Source of the DNA: Aureliella sp.
Lineage (GTDB): Bacteria > Planctomycetota > Planctomycetia > Pirellulales > Pirellulaceae
Direction of reading: 5' to 3'
Length of the DNA: 64,000 nt
Assembly (NCBI GenBank): GCA_963691875.1
Contig: OY829846.1
Coordinates: 4,256,001-4,320,000 of the forward strand
Below are positions 18,957 through 29,400 of this stretch, piece by piece. The notes under the pieces are model-generated. The model saw only the letters and a list, made by a program, of their open reading frames with translations, did no database searches and was not told the DNA's origin. Position 1 is the first letter of the stretch; the number at the start of each line of letters is the position of its first letter. A program made the translations under genes and the position numbers.

Positions 18957-20453
18957 ATGAAGCAGAAGCAAGTCGCACAACGATCCTCCAGAGGCTGTTT
19001 GTTTTACGGACTAATCGGCTTAGTTGGATTTCCAATGCTGTTGATCGGCGGATCGGTTTTGTTCGTTACGGTACGTGACAGCGGAGCCAATTCAAAAGTT
19101 GATCAAATGAAGGCAGATCTAGTTGCCAAAGGGCTTCCAGTAGACGATGACACCCTTTCCAAGTACTACGACAAACTTGCCAGCGAAGAATATGCTAAGC
19201 AATGGATGGAATTGTGTCAGGGCAGCAACAGTGATGAAATCAATGCGGCCTGTAAGGGAGTTGCCGTAGTTGGAGCAGACGGTGGAGAGATCCCTGTTTC
19301 GCCAGAAGATGATCCTGCTCTGAAGCCAACAAGTAAGGACGAAGGAAACGCAGAGGCCAGCGCTGAAACCGGTGAAACGGATGCTGACTACGGTGCAGAA
19401 GGCGAGCTGACGTGGGATCAGCAAAAAGTGAGAGATTTCCTCGCGTTGACTAGCGAGTTGCGTTCCAGAACCGAAGTGGCAGCATTGAGACAGCTGAAGC
19501 CCGATGCAAAGCCAGTCCGCTTTCAGGTTCAATTCAATGGAATTGAGACCTTGCTCAAGCATGCTCAGCAAATGCGGCAACTGGCGCGGATTATCGTGAT
19601 TCAGGGACAAGTTGCCGTCTACGATCGAGACTCCGAGAGTACAAAGCGAAGCATTCAGACGCTGGTTGGTTGCTCGCGAACGTTGGAAGGTGAGCCAATG
19701 CTTGTGTCACAGCTCGTTCGGATTGCACTCCGAATGCTGAGTGTCGATTTGTTGCATCGTGCGCTAGAGCAAGACGTATTGATCGAGCAAGACATGGCGG
19801 AGTTGCTCCCTTTGATGCTTCAGGGTGCAAAGCTTTCACCCACGTGGTACGTTGCTCATCATGGAGAGCGATGCGTGTACTTGCCGATAGCCGAAGGGAA
19901 GAGTTCTGGAGCAACTGCGGATGTTGGTTGGCTACCGTTCCGCGGCAAAGACAAGCAACTCTACATGGAGATCAACGAGGCTTTGGTCAACGTCGAGCTA
20001 GGTGACTTGGATGCCTTTCGCGACGAGATGATTCGTCAGGAGGATAGGATATCCAATTCGATCAATGGCGGATCTCTAGCAATGTTTGAAAACTTGCTCA
20101 CTAGTATGCTTGCTCCCGCAACCGCGGCTGCGGCTGAAGCCTGGATTCGCGAAGCTATGAATCACCAGATTGCGGCACTGGCAATCGGAGTCAAGTTACA
20201 CGAGAGCCGAAAAGGTGAGTTCCCGAAAGATCTAGAGCAATTACAAGCACTTGATGCAGGTGTCGATTGGAATCCAGCTGAGCTGCAACCGATTGGTGGA
20301 AAACCTTACGGCTATGAAGTCGATGACGAAGGAGCGCATCTTTGGGGATTTAGTACTCGCAACCATAGTGAGACGCCAGAAATACGACCGACTGAGGACC
20401 TTACGATTGAAACGGAATCTTGGTTGTGGGACATTCCGAAATCGAAGAAGTAG
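18957..20453 (+). CDS. Membrane-anchored hypothetical protein
   Basis: Long ORF with an N-terminal TM, EPMLVSQLVRIAL, and a pseudopilin-like C-terminal segment GEFPKDLEQL...GKPYGY. Confidence 0.75.
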   Translation: MKQKQVAQRSSRGCLFYGLIGLVGFPMLLIGGSVLFVTVRDSGANSKVDQMKADLVAKGLPVDDDTLSKYYDKLASEEYAKQWMELCQGSNSDEINAACKGVAVVGADGGEIPVSPEDDPALKPTSKDEGNAEASAETGETDADYGAEGELTWDQQKVRDFLALTSELRSRTEVAALRQLKPDAKPVRFQVQFNGIETLLKHAQQMRQLARIIVIQGQVAVYDRDSESTKRSIQTLVGCSRTLEGEPMLVSQLVRIALRMLSVDLLHRALEQDVLIEQDMAELLPLMLQGAKLSPTWYVAHHGERCVYLPIAEGKSSGATADVGWLPFRGKDKQLYMEINEALVNVELGDLDAFRDEMIRQEDRISNSINGGSLAMFENLLTSMLAPATAAAAEAWIREAMNHQIAALAIGVKLHESRKGEFPKDLEQLQALDAGVDWNPAELQPIGGKPYGYEVDDEGAHLWGFSTRNHSETPEIRPTEDLTIETESWLWDIPKSKK

Positions 20454-20497
20454 TTGCACGAGAAAGTCGGCTGTTCACTTTGCTCACAACGATCTCT

Positions 20498-20920
20498 TGG
20501 TAACCCGAAGCGTCAGAGCGTCAGCGAGGGATCAGGCTTTTCCTACGCTAGTGCAGTGAATTGAAAGTCCTGTACCAAACGTGCCGAGTGGTTCTGCGCT
20601 ACAAATCGTCCTATTCAGCGTGGTTGTTTGCCACAGAGGGCACGGAGAAAACCAAACGAAGTGTAGTTGCATGAGATCCCTCTGTGAACTCAGTGATCTC
20701 GGTGGCTTCAAACAGCAGCACTGGGCTTGCGTGCGTATGGACGCAGTTAAACACTGACAGATCTTGGGAAACGCCAGCGACCTGAATCGAGGCTACGAGT
20801 ACAGGTTTCGGGCGGAAGCGGTAAACTCCCGCGCATCTGAAACCTTACTTTCAGGTTGTAGCACTAACGCTTCGGGATTCCAAAATGCGCAAATCCGAAG
20901 AATGAGTGGCCGTGTACTTT
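20498..20920. repeat. REP/MITE-like element with inverted arms and a nested palindrome
   Basis: TGGTAACCCGAAGCGTCAG (20498-20516) is an imperfect inverted copy of CTAACGCTTCGGGATTCCA (20864-20882). Nested arms GCCACAGAGGGCACGGAG (20630-20647) and CTCAGTGATCTCGGTGGC (20689-20706) pair at 14/18. Confidence 0.6.
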
Positions 20921-21009
20921 GACATCTTTGAGTAAAATCCCTACCGCTTCTGGGCTATGATGGTCTGTCATTTTGCTGGGCGCCACTTTTTCTGATCAAT
21001 CCGAAGACC

Positions 21010-23133
21010 ATGCGAAAAATCGTCTCTATCAAACCTGCGTTTTAGTTGCTCATCCTGTTTCTTTTCGCGCTCACGCCAATCCTAGCTGTGGGTCAAACGA
21101 AGAAACAAGGTATTCCGCCGGGGATCAAGCTCCGGCCCAAGGCAGGGGAAGAAGTTGAGATCTACTACCTCGGCGACTGGCGACCCGCTCGAGTGCTCGA
21201 AGCGTCGAAGACTCAGATTGCCGTGGAGTATGAATGGGTTAACCGGCTTTACCAGAAGAAGTTCCCGCTGAACGAGGCGCGATATCCTTGGCAGGCGAAC
21301 GCGATGTCGCCCGTTTACAACTGGAAGGACCAGAGTGGTTCTTTTTCGGTTAAAGCGGCGGTAATGGATTTTGATCGTGATAAGCGAACGGTCACGCTCT
21401 ACAACTTGGAGAAGAACACCGAGATCACAGTTGCCGTCGACAAACTTTCCGATGCCGACAAGACTCGGCTCAAGCGAATCGTCGACAGTGCGCCGATGAA
21501 GATCACGCCTCCGCCTCCACTGGAGCAGTTTCAGAAGCTAAGTTTCGGTCGCGTTACCTCCTGGAATCCGGCAGTAAACTTGGCTGAGGTCAGTCCGGAT
21601 CCGCCACGGAACGTGATGAATTTTCCAGATGGCGGCGCTGCATTCCCGAAGCTTAGGTTTTGGGATAGTTTGAATTCGGTTTACCCGATCGGAACGGAAT
21701 CAGGTTGGATGGCTGCTGCCGCAGGCTCAGACAATTTCGACCAGGATGAGTTTCCAGCTCGCTTGGTTTGGGCCACTCTGGCAGACGGAAAAATTCGCAA
21801 AATACAATCCTTGGCGCACGGCGAGTTGCTGATGGCCGTGGATGCTGCTTCTCAAAGAGTGTTGACCGTCGGAAAGGAGGGACGCGAGTGGACACTTGCC
21901 GTCTGGACTGCGAGTCCGAAGACAGATAAGGCGACACCAATCGTTCGCTGGATCAGCCACAAAGACGTATTCTCACGCAAGCCCTTCGCAGAATTTGTAG
22001 GTGAAAACAGAGTCATTCATCGGTGGGGTGACTCGCAATACATCGTTTGGGATTTCGTGCAGCGAACGGCTGTATACGAAGTAAAACAAGAATCGTTCTT
22101 CGACGCACCTCCCGTGATCAGTCCCGGCAAGCGCTATTTGGCTTTACCCGAGGACAAGGGTGTGCGGATTCTCTCAGCCGCTGATGGAGAAACACTTGCC
22201 AGCTTGCCTGTCGGTACGGATCGAGCTTCCGGTGTGGCCTTTGACGCAAAAGGTGAGAAGCTCGCGGTGCTCAACAAGAATCAACTGCTGATCTGGAAGC
22301 TAGGAACGGCTGATCCGCCGGAAAGTTACGTGGCTAGTGCCGTGGGCTCACCTTTTGGTCAGCGCCTTGCTTAGGTGGATGACAGGACTTTGCTCGTGGA
22401 CGGGAAGACGCTTTTTGACCTGGATCGAGAGCTACCAATCTGGACTTACTCGGCCGCGTTTGGAGAGGTCTCGAGAAGTGGCTTCAACGAAGTGAGTAAA
22501 ATTGCCGGTGGACGATTATGTTACGGCGTCACATTGCGAGAAGGCGGTTCTGGTGGTGCGTTTGTGATTGGAGCCGTCGAGTTGCCGGGCAAGGGAGTCA
22601 GCGACACGGTAGAGCGAATCGACGAGGAGAAACTTTGGACGCTCGGACCTGGATCTACGGTTCGCATTGAAACGAGCTGTGGGAACTACAACCAACAAGT
22701 ACGCAATGCTTTGATGCGAGCCGCAGAGGCGGCAGGCTGGACTGTTCAGCCGAATGGTCAGTTCACGCTTCGCGCCGAAATGGGACGTTCCAAGTCACAG
22801 ACGATCACCTATGAACGCCAAGGTTCTGGCCAGACGGAAACCCGCACCGTTACGCCTTACTACTCCAATCTTTCCGTGACCGAGGGCCAAACCCGAATCT
22901 GGTCTTCTGGCAGCTCGAGTGGTGGAGCTCCCTCTTTCATGTGGGTCCGTGACGGCGAGTCGATTCAGAGCAAAGTTTCTCAGACTGAACGGGCTGATCC
23001 CGGTTTCTTCAATCGCGTCAAACTGCCTGGCCGAATTCTAAACCCTCGCTACAAGGGTGGTTTTGGAACTTCGGTGTACAGCAAAGTTGGTTTGACGGCC
23101 AAGCCAATGGAAAACTTGCCGTTGAAGCCTTGA
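21010..23133 (+). pseudogene. Secreted Tudor/SH3-like + SHD1 + beta-propeller protein interrupted by two in-frame TAG codons
   Basis: One frame throughout. MRKIVSIKPAF*(21043-45)LLILFLFALTPILAVG is a signal peptide. GEEVEIYYLGDWRPARVL is Tudor-like. WKDQSGSFSVKA...VDKLSDAD is SHD1. WD-like blades ISPGKRYLA and VAFDAKGEKLAV follow, then QRLA*(22372-74)VDDRTLLVDG. Confidence 0.8.
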
Positions 23134-23157
23134 TCCTGCACGAGTCGCGTAAGCGGG

Positions 23158-23656
23158 ATGGAACTCGTTAACGGTCGCGATCTGTTGTTCTAGGCTTTGT
23201 CTCAAAACGGTAGCGGAAGTCGTCAAGACTTTCGATGCACAGCGAAAACCGAAACTCTTGACGAGTTCCGCTACGAAAATCAGACTTTTGAGACAAAGCC
23301 TTTTGCTCCGTATCACCGTCGGGATGCGTCTAGTAGAAGGAAGAGCATTGGGCCCATTCTGCGTCAAGGCGATTTTGCGAACTGAAGGACCGGCAGCCAG
23401 CGTCAAAGGCGCTAACTGAAGAAGGGCCGCGTTTGCCTAGCTGCGAGCCTTGATCTTAACCCCAGTCCGTCTGGGGCCTGGAGTAACCATTAAGTCAGTC
23501 GTAGATCAGATTCAGCGTCCCGACGTAGAGTTTTTCCGTGATCGCTTGCCTCGCTACATGGTGAGCAGGGCATATCAAGGTGGTTTTGGGAAGGCGGAAT
23601 TCGGCGCGGTTGGAATGACTTCTAAGCCGATAGGGAATCTGCCAATGAAGCCCTAA
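23158..23656 (+). pseudogene. Decayed paralogous copy of the C-terminal domain of the preceding gene
   Basis: 23450-23656 encodes ...IKSVVDQIQRPDVEFFRDRLP...YQGGFGKAEFGAVGMTSKPIGNLPMKP, matching the upstream ...IQSKVSQTERADPGFFNRVKLP...YKGGFGTSVYSKVGLTAKPMENLPLKP. Weaker matches lie in a different frame at 23176-23320. Confidence 0.8.
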
Positions 23657-23795
23657 AACTGTTTCTGGCTTGGATTTTCCTGCATTTTCCGAGGCAAATT
23701 AGCCGTTGTGGAAAACAAGATTGGCCGATAAACTCTGAGATCCAGAGAACGAGAATCCCCCGCGATGGGGAATAAGAATACTTGGAGACAGTGAC

Positions 23796-23996
23796 ATGAC
23801 GCTCGACAAGAGCCTCAGAGTATCCGGCGGCAAGATTAAGAATCGCAACGTTTTGACCCGCGTAGAACGCCTCAAGCGGCTCCGTGAGTTGGATCGCTGG
23901 AATGAAGGCGAATCCGTTCTCGGCATTCCTAAGACTCGCGTCGTCAAGGTTAGCTTGAAGAAGAAGAAGAAGGTCAAGAAGGAAGACGAGAAGTAA
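23796..23996 (+). CDS. PVC-superphylum signature small basic protein
   Basis: MTLDKSL...RNVLTRVERL..L....RW.EG.SVLGIPKTR followed by a Lys-rich tail. GGAG RBS. Confidence 0.92.
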   Translation: MTLDKSLRVSGGKIKNRNVLTRVERLKRLRELDRWNEGESVLGIPKTRVVKVSLKKKKKVKKEDEK

Positions 23997-24028
23997 GTCG
24001 CACGTTCAGCCGAATCAGAAACATCCCC

Positions 24029-24058
24029 AAAACGCAGCTTAGAACAGTTGCGTTTTTT
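24029..24058. terminator. Intrinsic terminator, possibly bidirectional
   Basis: AAAACGCAGCT-TAGAAC-AGTTGCGTTTT followed by TT, between convergent genes. Confidence 0.75.
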
Positions 24059-24211
24059 CGTGCGCACCGCTCCCCATGTGCAGGTTCATTGGCTGCAGAT
24101 GAAAGACGGAATGAACACAGGTTGGATTTGCCGTATTGCATTGAATTGTCAGTGTATTCCACCTTCAGCCGCTTGCATGTTGTGCCCCAAGAAGAGCTAC
24201 CTAAGAACGAG

Positions 24212-25339
24212 TTAGCTTCCGTTTTTCAGGCTCTTGAGCCAGCGGGCAAGGTCTGTGGGGAGAGGCATTTTGAAGTTGAGGTGTTCGCCTGAGAATGGAT
24301 GCGTGAACTCAAGAAGGTGCGAGTGCAAGGCGTGGCGAGGGGCATGGCTGTCGTCCGGGAGAATCTTGCCGTCAGCTAGCTTGTGATAGATCTTGTCGCC
24401 GCAAATGGGATGTCCAAGCTCCGATAAATGAATTCGAATCTGATGTGTTCTGCCCGTCTCAAGCTTGCAAGTCAACTTGGAATAGCGGCTACCTGCGATG
24501 GGCTCGGAATGGAGGATATGAGTGATTGCTTCTAATGCAGCATCTTGCTCTTCCTGACTTGCGCCTTTAGGCAATGTGCCACGGACTCCGTCGCCTCTAT
24601 CGCGGATGAGCATGCTGGTAATCGTTTGCGGATCGACCTGGCCACTGCAGAAGGCTTGGTACTGACGGCGAATTGTATGCCGCCGAAACATGCTTACGAG
24701 CTTTTGCTCTGCAGCCCGAGTCCGTGCAAAGAGCATCAGACCACTGGTCTCGCGATCAAGTCGGTGGACTGGAAAAACTTGAAGCTCGGGTGGGAGCTTC
24801 TTCGAGTTCTGGATGTGGCTTGGCTTCTTGCGATTCCGAGCCTGATTCGTTTGGTGTCGACCACGATTCATGCCTACGGGTGGGAGTGGTGGCCAGCGCA
24901 GTCGTTGCATCTTGGCTAGTACTGGCGGCAGTAGTTCCTCCAGCGTAGGTTGCAGCTGTCGACGGCGTGTTGAAATGCGGCGTTCATTGAAGTGCCGAAC
25001 ACTGGTCACGCCAGCTGGCTTGGCAACCACCAGTAGCTGTTCGTCGAGGTGCTCGATCCGGATGTCGCGAACTTCAACGGGTTTGCTTTGCGGTTGGGCG
25101 AACCACTTAATGACGTCTTTGGCCGTCAATCTACGCGCCTCGTCAAGGCATAAATTTCCGTTGACTTGAATCTGCCGGCGGCTAATCCATTTCTTGACTT
25201 GCCCCCATGATGCATCCTTGGCCAATTCTTTGAGTGCCGCTGCCAGGGTCAGGCCCTCGTGCTGATCGCCAAGGTGATAAACTAGCGACTCTTTGTTCTT
25301 CGGATTCAATGGATTTTCGACTTCGTTCTTCACTGCCAT
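24212..25339 (-). CDS. RluA/RluD-family pseudouridine synthase
   Basis: S4-like N-terminus, VVAKPAG, catalytic VHRLDRETSG, LETGRTHQIRIH, GHPICGD, HALH. Confidence 0.95.
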   Translation of the reverse strand: MAVKNEVENPLNPKNKESLVYHLGDQHEGLTLAAALKELAKDASWGQVKKWISRRQIQVNGNLCLDEARRLTAKDVIKWFAQPQSKPVEVRDIRIEHLDEQLLVVAKPAGVTSVRHFNERRISTRRRQLQPTLEELLPPVLAKMQRLRWPPLPPVGMNRGRHQTNQARNRKKPSHIQNSKKLPPELQVFPVHRLDRETSGLMLFARTRAAEQKLVSMFRRHTIRRQYQAFCSGQVDPQTITSMLIRDRGDGVRGTLPKGASQEEQDAALEAITHILHSEPIAGSRYSKLTCKLETGRTHQIRIHLSELGHPICGDKIYHKLADGKILPDDSHAPRHALHSHLLEFTHPFSGEHLNFKMPLPTDLARWLKSLKNGS

Positions 25340-25486
25340 TCTGGTCTGTCAGAGATCGCAGAACTTTGCCTTGTCCCACATGCTTGGCCGACCGATTTCA
25401 TGAAAGAATAAGCCAAAGGCTGAAGATATCGAGTCGAAATGCTCCGTTTTTGTCTGTTCTGCTCCAAGTCGTGAAAGTCGAAAGCC

Positions 25487-26158
25487 ATGCTGGAATTCCT
25501 GCCATTGCTGTTTGTGCTCACCATTATTGCGCTAGTCAGTTTTGGTGTAGTTGCCGGTTCCATTGTCGCAGCGAGAAAACGACGAGAGACTTTGGCAAAA
25601 TTCGCAGAAGACCTAGGCCTGGAGTATCAAGAAATTTTGCCTGCCCAGGATGCCAGTCAATTCCAGCAATTCAACCTTGCAAATAAAGGCCGTGCTCGCA
25701 AAGCGACGAATGCCGTGACTGCTGATTCAGGCGAATTGCGACTTGTCATCTTCGACTACAACTACACGACGGGCAGCGGAAAGAATAGTACAACGCGTCG
25801 CCAATCGGTTGTAATGGCTTTCAGTAGCAGTTCGTTACAGTTGCCCCACTTCAATATCAGCCCGGAAAGCTTCTTGAGTAAGATCAGCGATTTCTTCGGC
25901 TTCAAGGACATCGACTTTGTTGACGACAAGGCGTTTTCTGATGCGTTTCTTTTGCACGGAGCGGACGAAGCAGCAGTACGTAAATTCTTTACGCCGGAGC
26001 GGCGAAAGAAATTCTTCGATTTCCGTGATGTTTCCATCGAAGCTCGGGCCAACATCTTCATCTTTTATATTCCTAGGCGAATCTGCAAGTCCAATGAGAT
26101 TCGTGGTCTTATGGAACGCGGCTTTGCGATTTACACGCTACTGTCTTCGGAAGAGTGA
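25487..26158 (+). CDS. Hypothetical protein with N-terminal TM anchor
   Basis: 223 aa. TM helix, then FDYNYTTGSGKNS and GFKDIDF.DD..FS..F. Confidence 0.8.
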   Translation: MLEFLPLLFVLTIIALVSFGVVAGSIVAARKRRETLAKFAEDLGLEYQEILPAQDASQFQQFNLANKGRARKATNAVTADSGELRLVIFDYNYTTGSGKNSTTRRQSVVMAFSSSSLQLPHFNISPESFLSKISDFFGFKDIDFVDDKAFSDAFLLHGADEAAVRKFFTPERRKKFFDFRDVSIEARANIFIFYIPRRICKSNEIRGLMERGFAIYTLLSSEE

Positions 26159-26419
26159 CACGGTGAACTTTGATTTGGATATTCGCAGTCCAACTCTCAA
26201 CCCTAGTAAAGCTGCGCCATGGTCACCAAAGCAAATTATCGATTTGCGAGTAAAGCAAATACGGCAACAGCGTCTTTACATAGCACAGGATTGAGTTCGA
26301 GAGCTCTGATGTCTGCGATGCGACCAAACGTTTCTTGCGGATTCTGTGAAAGGTAACCGGCGAGTGGGTAAGCCTATGGGAACGTCTTCGCCAAGGCAGA
26401 GACGATGGAGGGAGGATGG

Positions 26420-29400
26420 ATGGAATCGTACTCGGAAATCAAGCGGCATCGATTTGAAGATGGGGCGATGGCTGGCGGTTGGTGGGAGCCCGGTGCCGAG
26501 GGAAGGATCGAATGTCATCTTTGTCCGCGAAAGTGTAGCCTAAAGGATGGTGACAAGGGATTTTGCTTTGTCCGCGAGAATCGCAACGGACAAGTTGCCT
26601 TGTCGACCTACGGGCGGAGCACAGGATTCTGTATTGATCCAATAGAGAAGAAGCCACTCAATCACTTCTTGCCAGGCACTCCGGTACTGAGTTTTGGTAC
26701 CGCTGGATGTAATCTCGGGTGCAAGTTCTGCCAAAATTGGGATATCTCTAAGTCACGCGAAACGCAGCGGCTCAGCAATGTTGCAGAACCGGAAAGCGTG
26801 GCGAGAGCGGCACAGCAAACTGGCTGTAGAAGCGTGGCTTACACCTACAACGACCCCATCATCTGGGCTGAGTACGCCATCGATACTGCTCGAGCCTGCC
26901 GACAGCTTGGCATCAAGAATGTTGCGGTGACGGCGGGCTATATTTCACCTCCGGCGCGAGCTGAGTTCTTTGAGTTTATGGATGCAGCGAATGTCGATCT
27001 TAAGGCGTTCACCGAAGACTTCTACCATAAGATTACCTATTCTCACCTGGAGCCAGTTCTAGACACTTTGGAGTTTCTTCATCGCGAGACGGACGTGTGG
27101 GTTGAGATCACGAACTTGATCATTCCTGACGCAAATGATAATCCGGATGAACTGCGCAAGATGTGCGACTGGGTTCTGGGGAAGGTGGGCGATTTAGTGC
27201 CTGTTCACTTCACGGCCTTTCATCCCGACTTTCGAATGCTCGATCGTCCGCGCACGAGTCCTGATACATTGATTGTTGCCCAAGAAATCGCGTATTCGGC
27301 AGGAATCCAATATGCTTATGTCGGAAACGTTCAAGACGCGGAAAGGCAAAGCACGAACTGTCATCACTGTGGGCAGTTATTGATTGCGCGAGATCGATAT
27401 GAACTTGGGCAATATAACTTGACCGCTGAGGGTACTTGCCGGTTTTGCCAAACGCAGATTCCAGGGCGGTATCAAGCATCTTGTGGCGATTGGGGCGCGA
27501 CGCGTCAGCCGATTCGCATTGAGTCTTTTGCGAATCCCAGCCCAATTGTTCCCATCACTGTAGCGCACGAAAAGGAAGACATTGTGAGTAACGCACCGGA
27601 GTCTCAGCCAGCCAATCCTATTGCAACTCCTGTCCCAACCCCGACACCGCTTCAGCTGCTAGAGATGGACATGCTGAAGGAAGATCAGAAGCAGTTGATC
27701 TGCAAGGCGGCGGCCCATTGGTTGGCGGCTGCAGTTTACAACCAGAATACCACTGAACCGGCTGGATTCTTAGGCGACTTGGCTGACACTGTCGTCATGG
27801 GTGCTTTTGTGACGGTCAAACGCGGCGAGATCCTGCGTGGTTGTTGCGGTGTGCTAGGCAAGCCCGTGCCGCTAGGGCACGCGCTTGCATCAGCGGCGGC
27901 AAAGACGGCCAAGGAAGATAAGAGGATGGCCGCAATTTCGCGCAGCGAACTTCCATATTTAGACATTGAAGTCACGCTGCTTGGGCCATTCAAGAAAATC
28001 GAGGCACAAGGTGCGGCACGACAGGATCATGTTGAAATCGGCAAACACGGATTGATGATCCAGCAAGCTGGCCGAAACGGTTTGCTCTTGCCGTCGGTAG
28101 CCGTGGATCGCAAGTGGGACGCCTTTCAGTTTATGCAAGGTGTCTGCAACAAGGCAGGCTTGTCTGTTGGAGCTTGGGAGCAGCCAGACACGAGCGTCTT
28201 TACGTTTGATGGCTTACCCATAGGTGGCGAGTTTCAGGAACTGTTTGAGCACGAAACACCTGCCAACCTGTACATGCCAATGACCCAGGAGCAGTTGGCG
28301 GAATACACCAAGGTGGCTGGCCACAACATCGTGGCTTTAGTCTCTGGTGGAACACCAAGTTATGTCATTCCTGGTCTTCCAGACGCGTCAGTCAATGCCT
28401 TGGTGCTCTCGTTGCAGTGGACGACAGATGGCAAGCCAGGTGAAGAAGACGGGAAGAATGTACGACAAGGTAACTTGGTGCAGGTTTCTTATCGACCTGG
28501 TGTACCGATGCAGAATGCCTTGTATCAGATGTGTCAGCAAGCGGCGATGATGTTCCGTCAGCAGCAGTTCGCAGGCCAGATGCAGATCGGAATCTCGATT
28601 GGTATAGATCCTGCGATGCACGGCTTTGGCCCTCAAGCCGATCTGGAAGGAATTGATACTCACGCGCGCGGACTGGTTATTTCTGATCGTCGACACTGCG
28701 GCATGGCATTTAATCCTGAGCAGTCGGCGGAGGAGTTGCGCGACAAGTTACGAACGATTCTTCCAATCAACAGCCGCGACGCAGCTCTGCACAGCATGCA
28801 AGTGATGTCCACCATGCCACAAGTGATTGCCATTTCGGCACCCGTCGCTGTGCGTTCTTCCGGTGTGCGTCCGCCTGCGGTGGCCGGCAAGTTCTATCCG
28901 AAAGAAGATGCGGCTCGGCGAGCGATGGTGGGAACACTGCTCAAAGAAGAGCCTGCAGAGAAGTATTCGCCTGCGGCCATTATGGTTCCCCACGCTGGCA
29001 TCAAGTATTCGGGGCAGATTGCCGCGAATACGTGGAACAGCGTTGAAAACTTAGATGAGCGTACACTGATTGTTATCTCGCCGAAGCACACGGAGCATGG
29101 AGTCAATTGGGCAGTTTGTCCTTTTGAGTCTTGGCAGCTTTCTTCGACGACTAGTATCCAAAGCGATGCACTTCTAGCGCAGCAGCTTTCCGATGCCGTG
29201 ACAGCGCTAGAGATGGATTCTGCCGCGCATCAATTAGAACATGGCATTGAAGTACAGTTGCCAATCCTGGAGCAGCTGGCACCAAAGAGTAAAGTGATCG
29301 GGTTGGCGCTTCAGGGCGGAAGCTGGGCCGACATCAGTGAAGCGGCTGGCCAGTTTGCGGACTTCCTGAAAACCCAGAATGAAATGCCGTTGCTCGTGAT

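Noticed and set aside
23450..23656. DGR template repeat for the upstream gene's C-terminus
   Set aside because: The similarity is at protein level with broad nucleotide divergence, not adenine-specific, and there is no reverse transcriptase in the window.
23957..23993. AAG-rich repeat as a contingency locus
   Set aside because: It encodes the Lys-rich tail typical of the PVC signature protein, and the repeat unit is in frame.
26290..26415. Riboswitch upstream of the radical SAM fusion (hairpin CGTCT...AGACG near the RBS)
   Set aside because: Only one short hairpin is present and I recognise no aptamer consensus. An Rfam scan would be needed.
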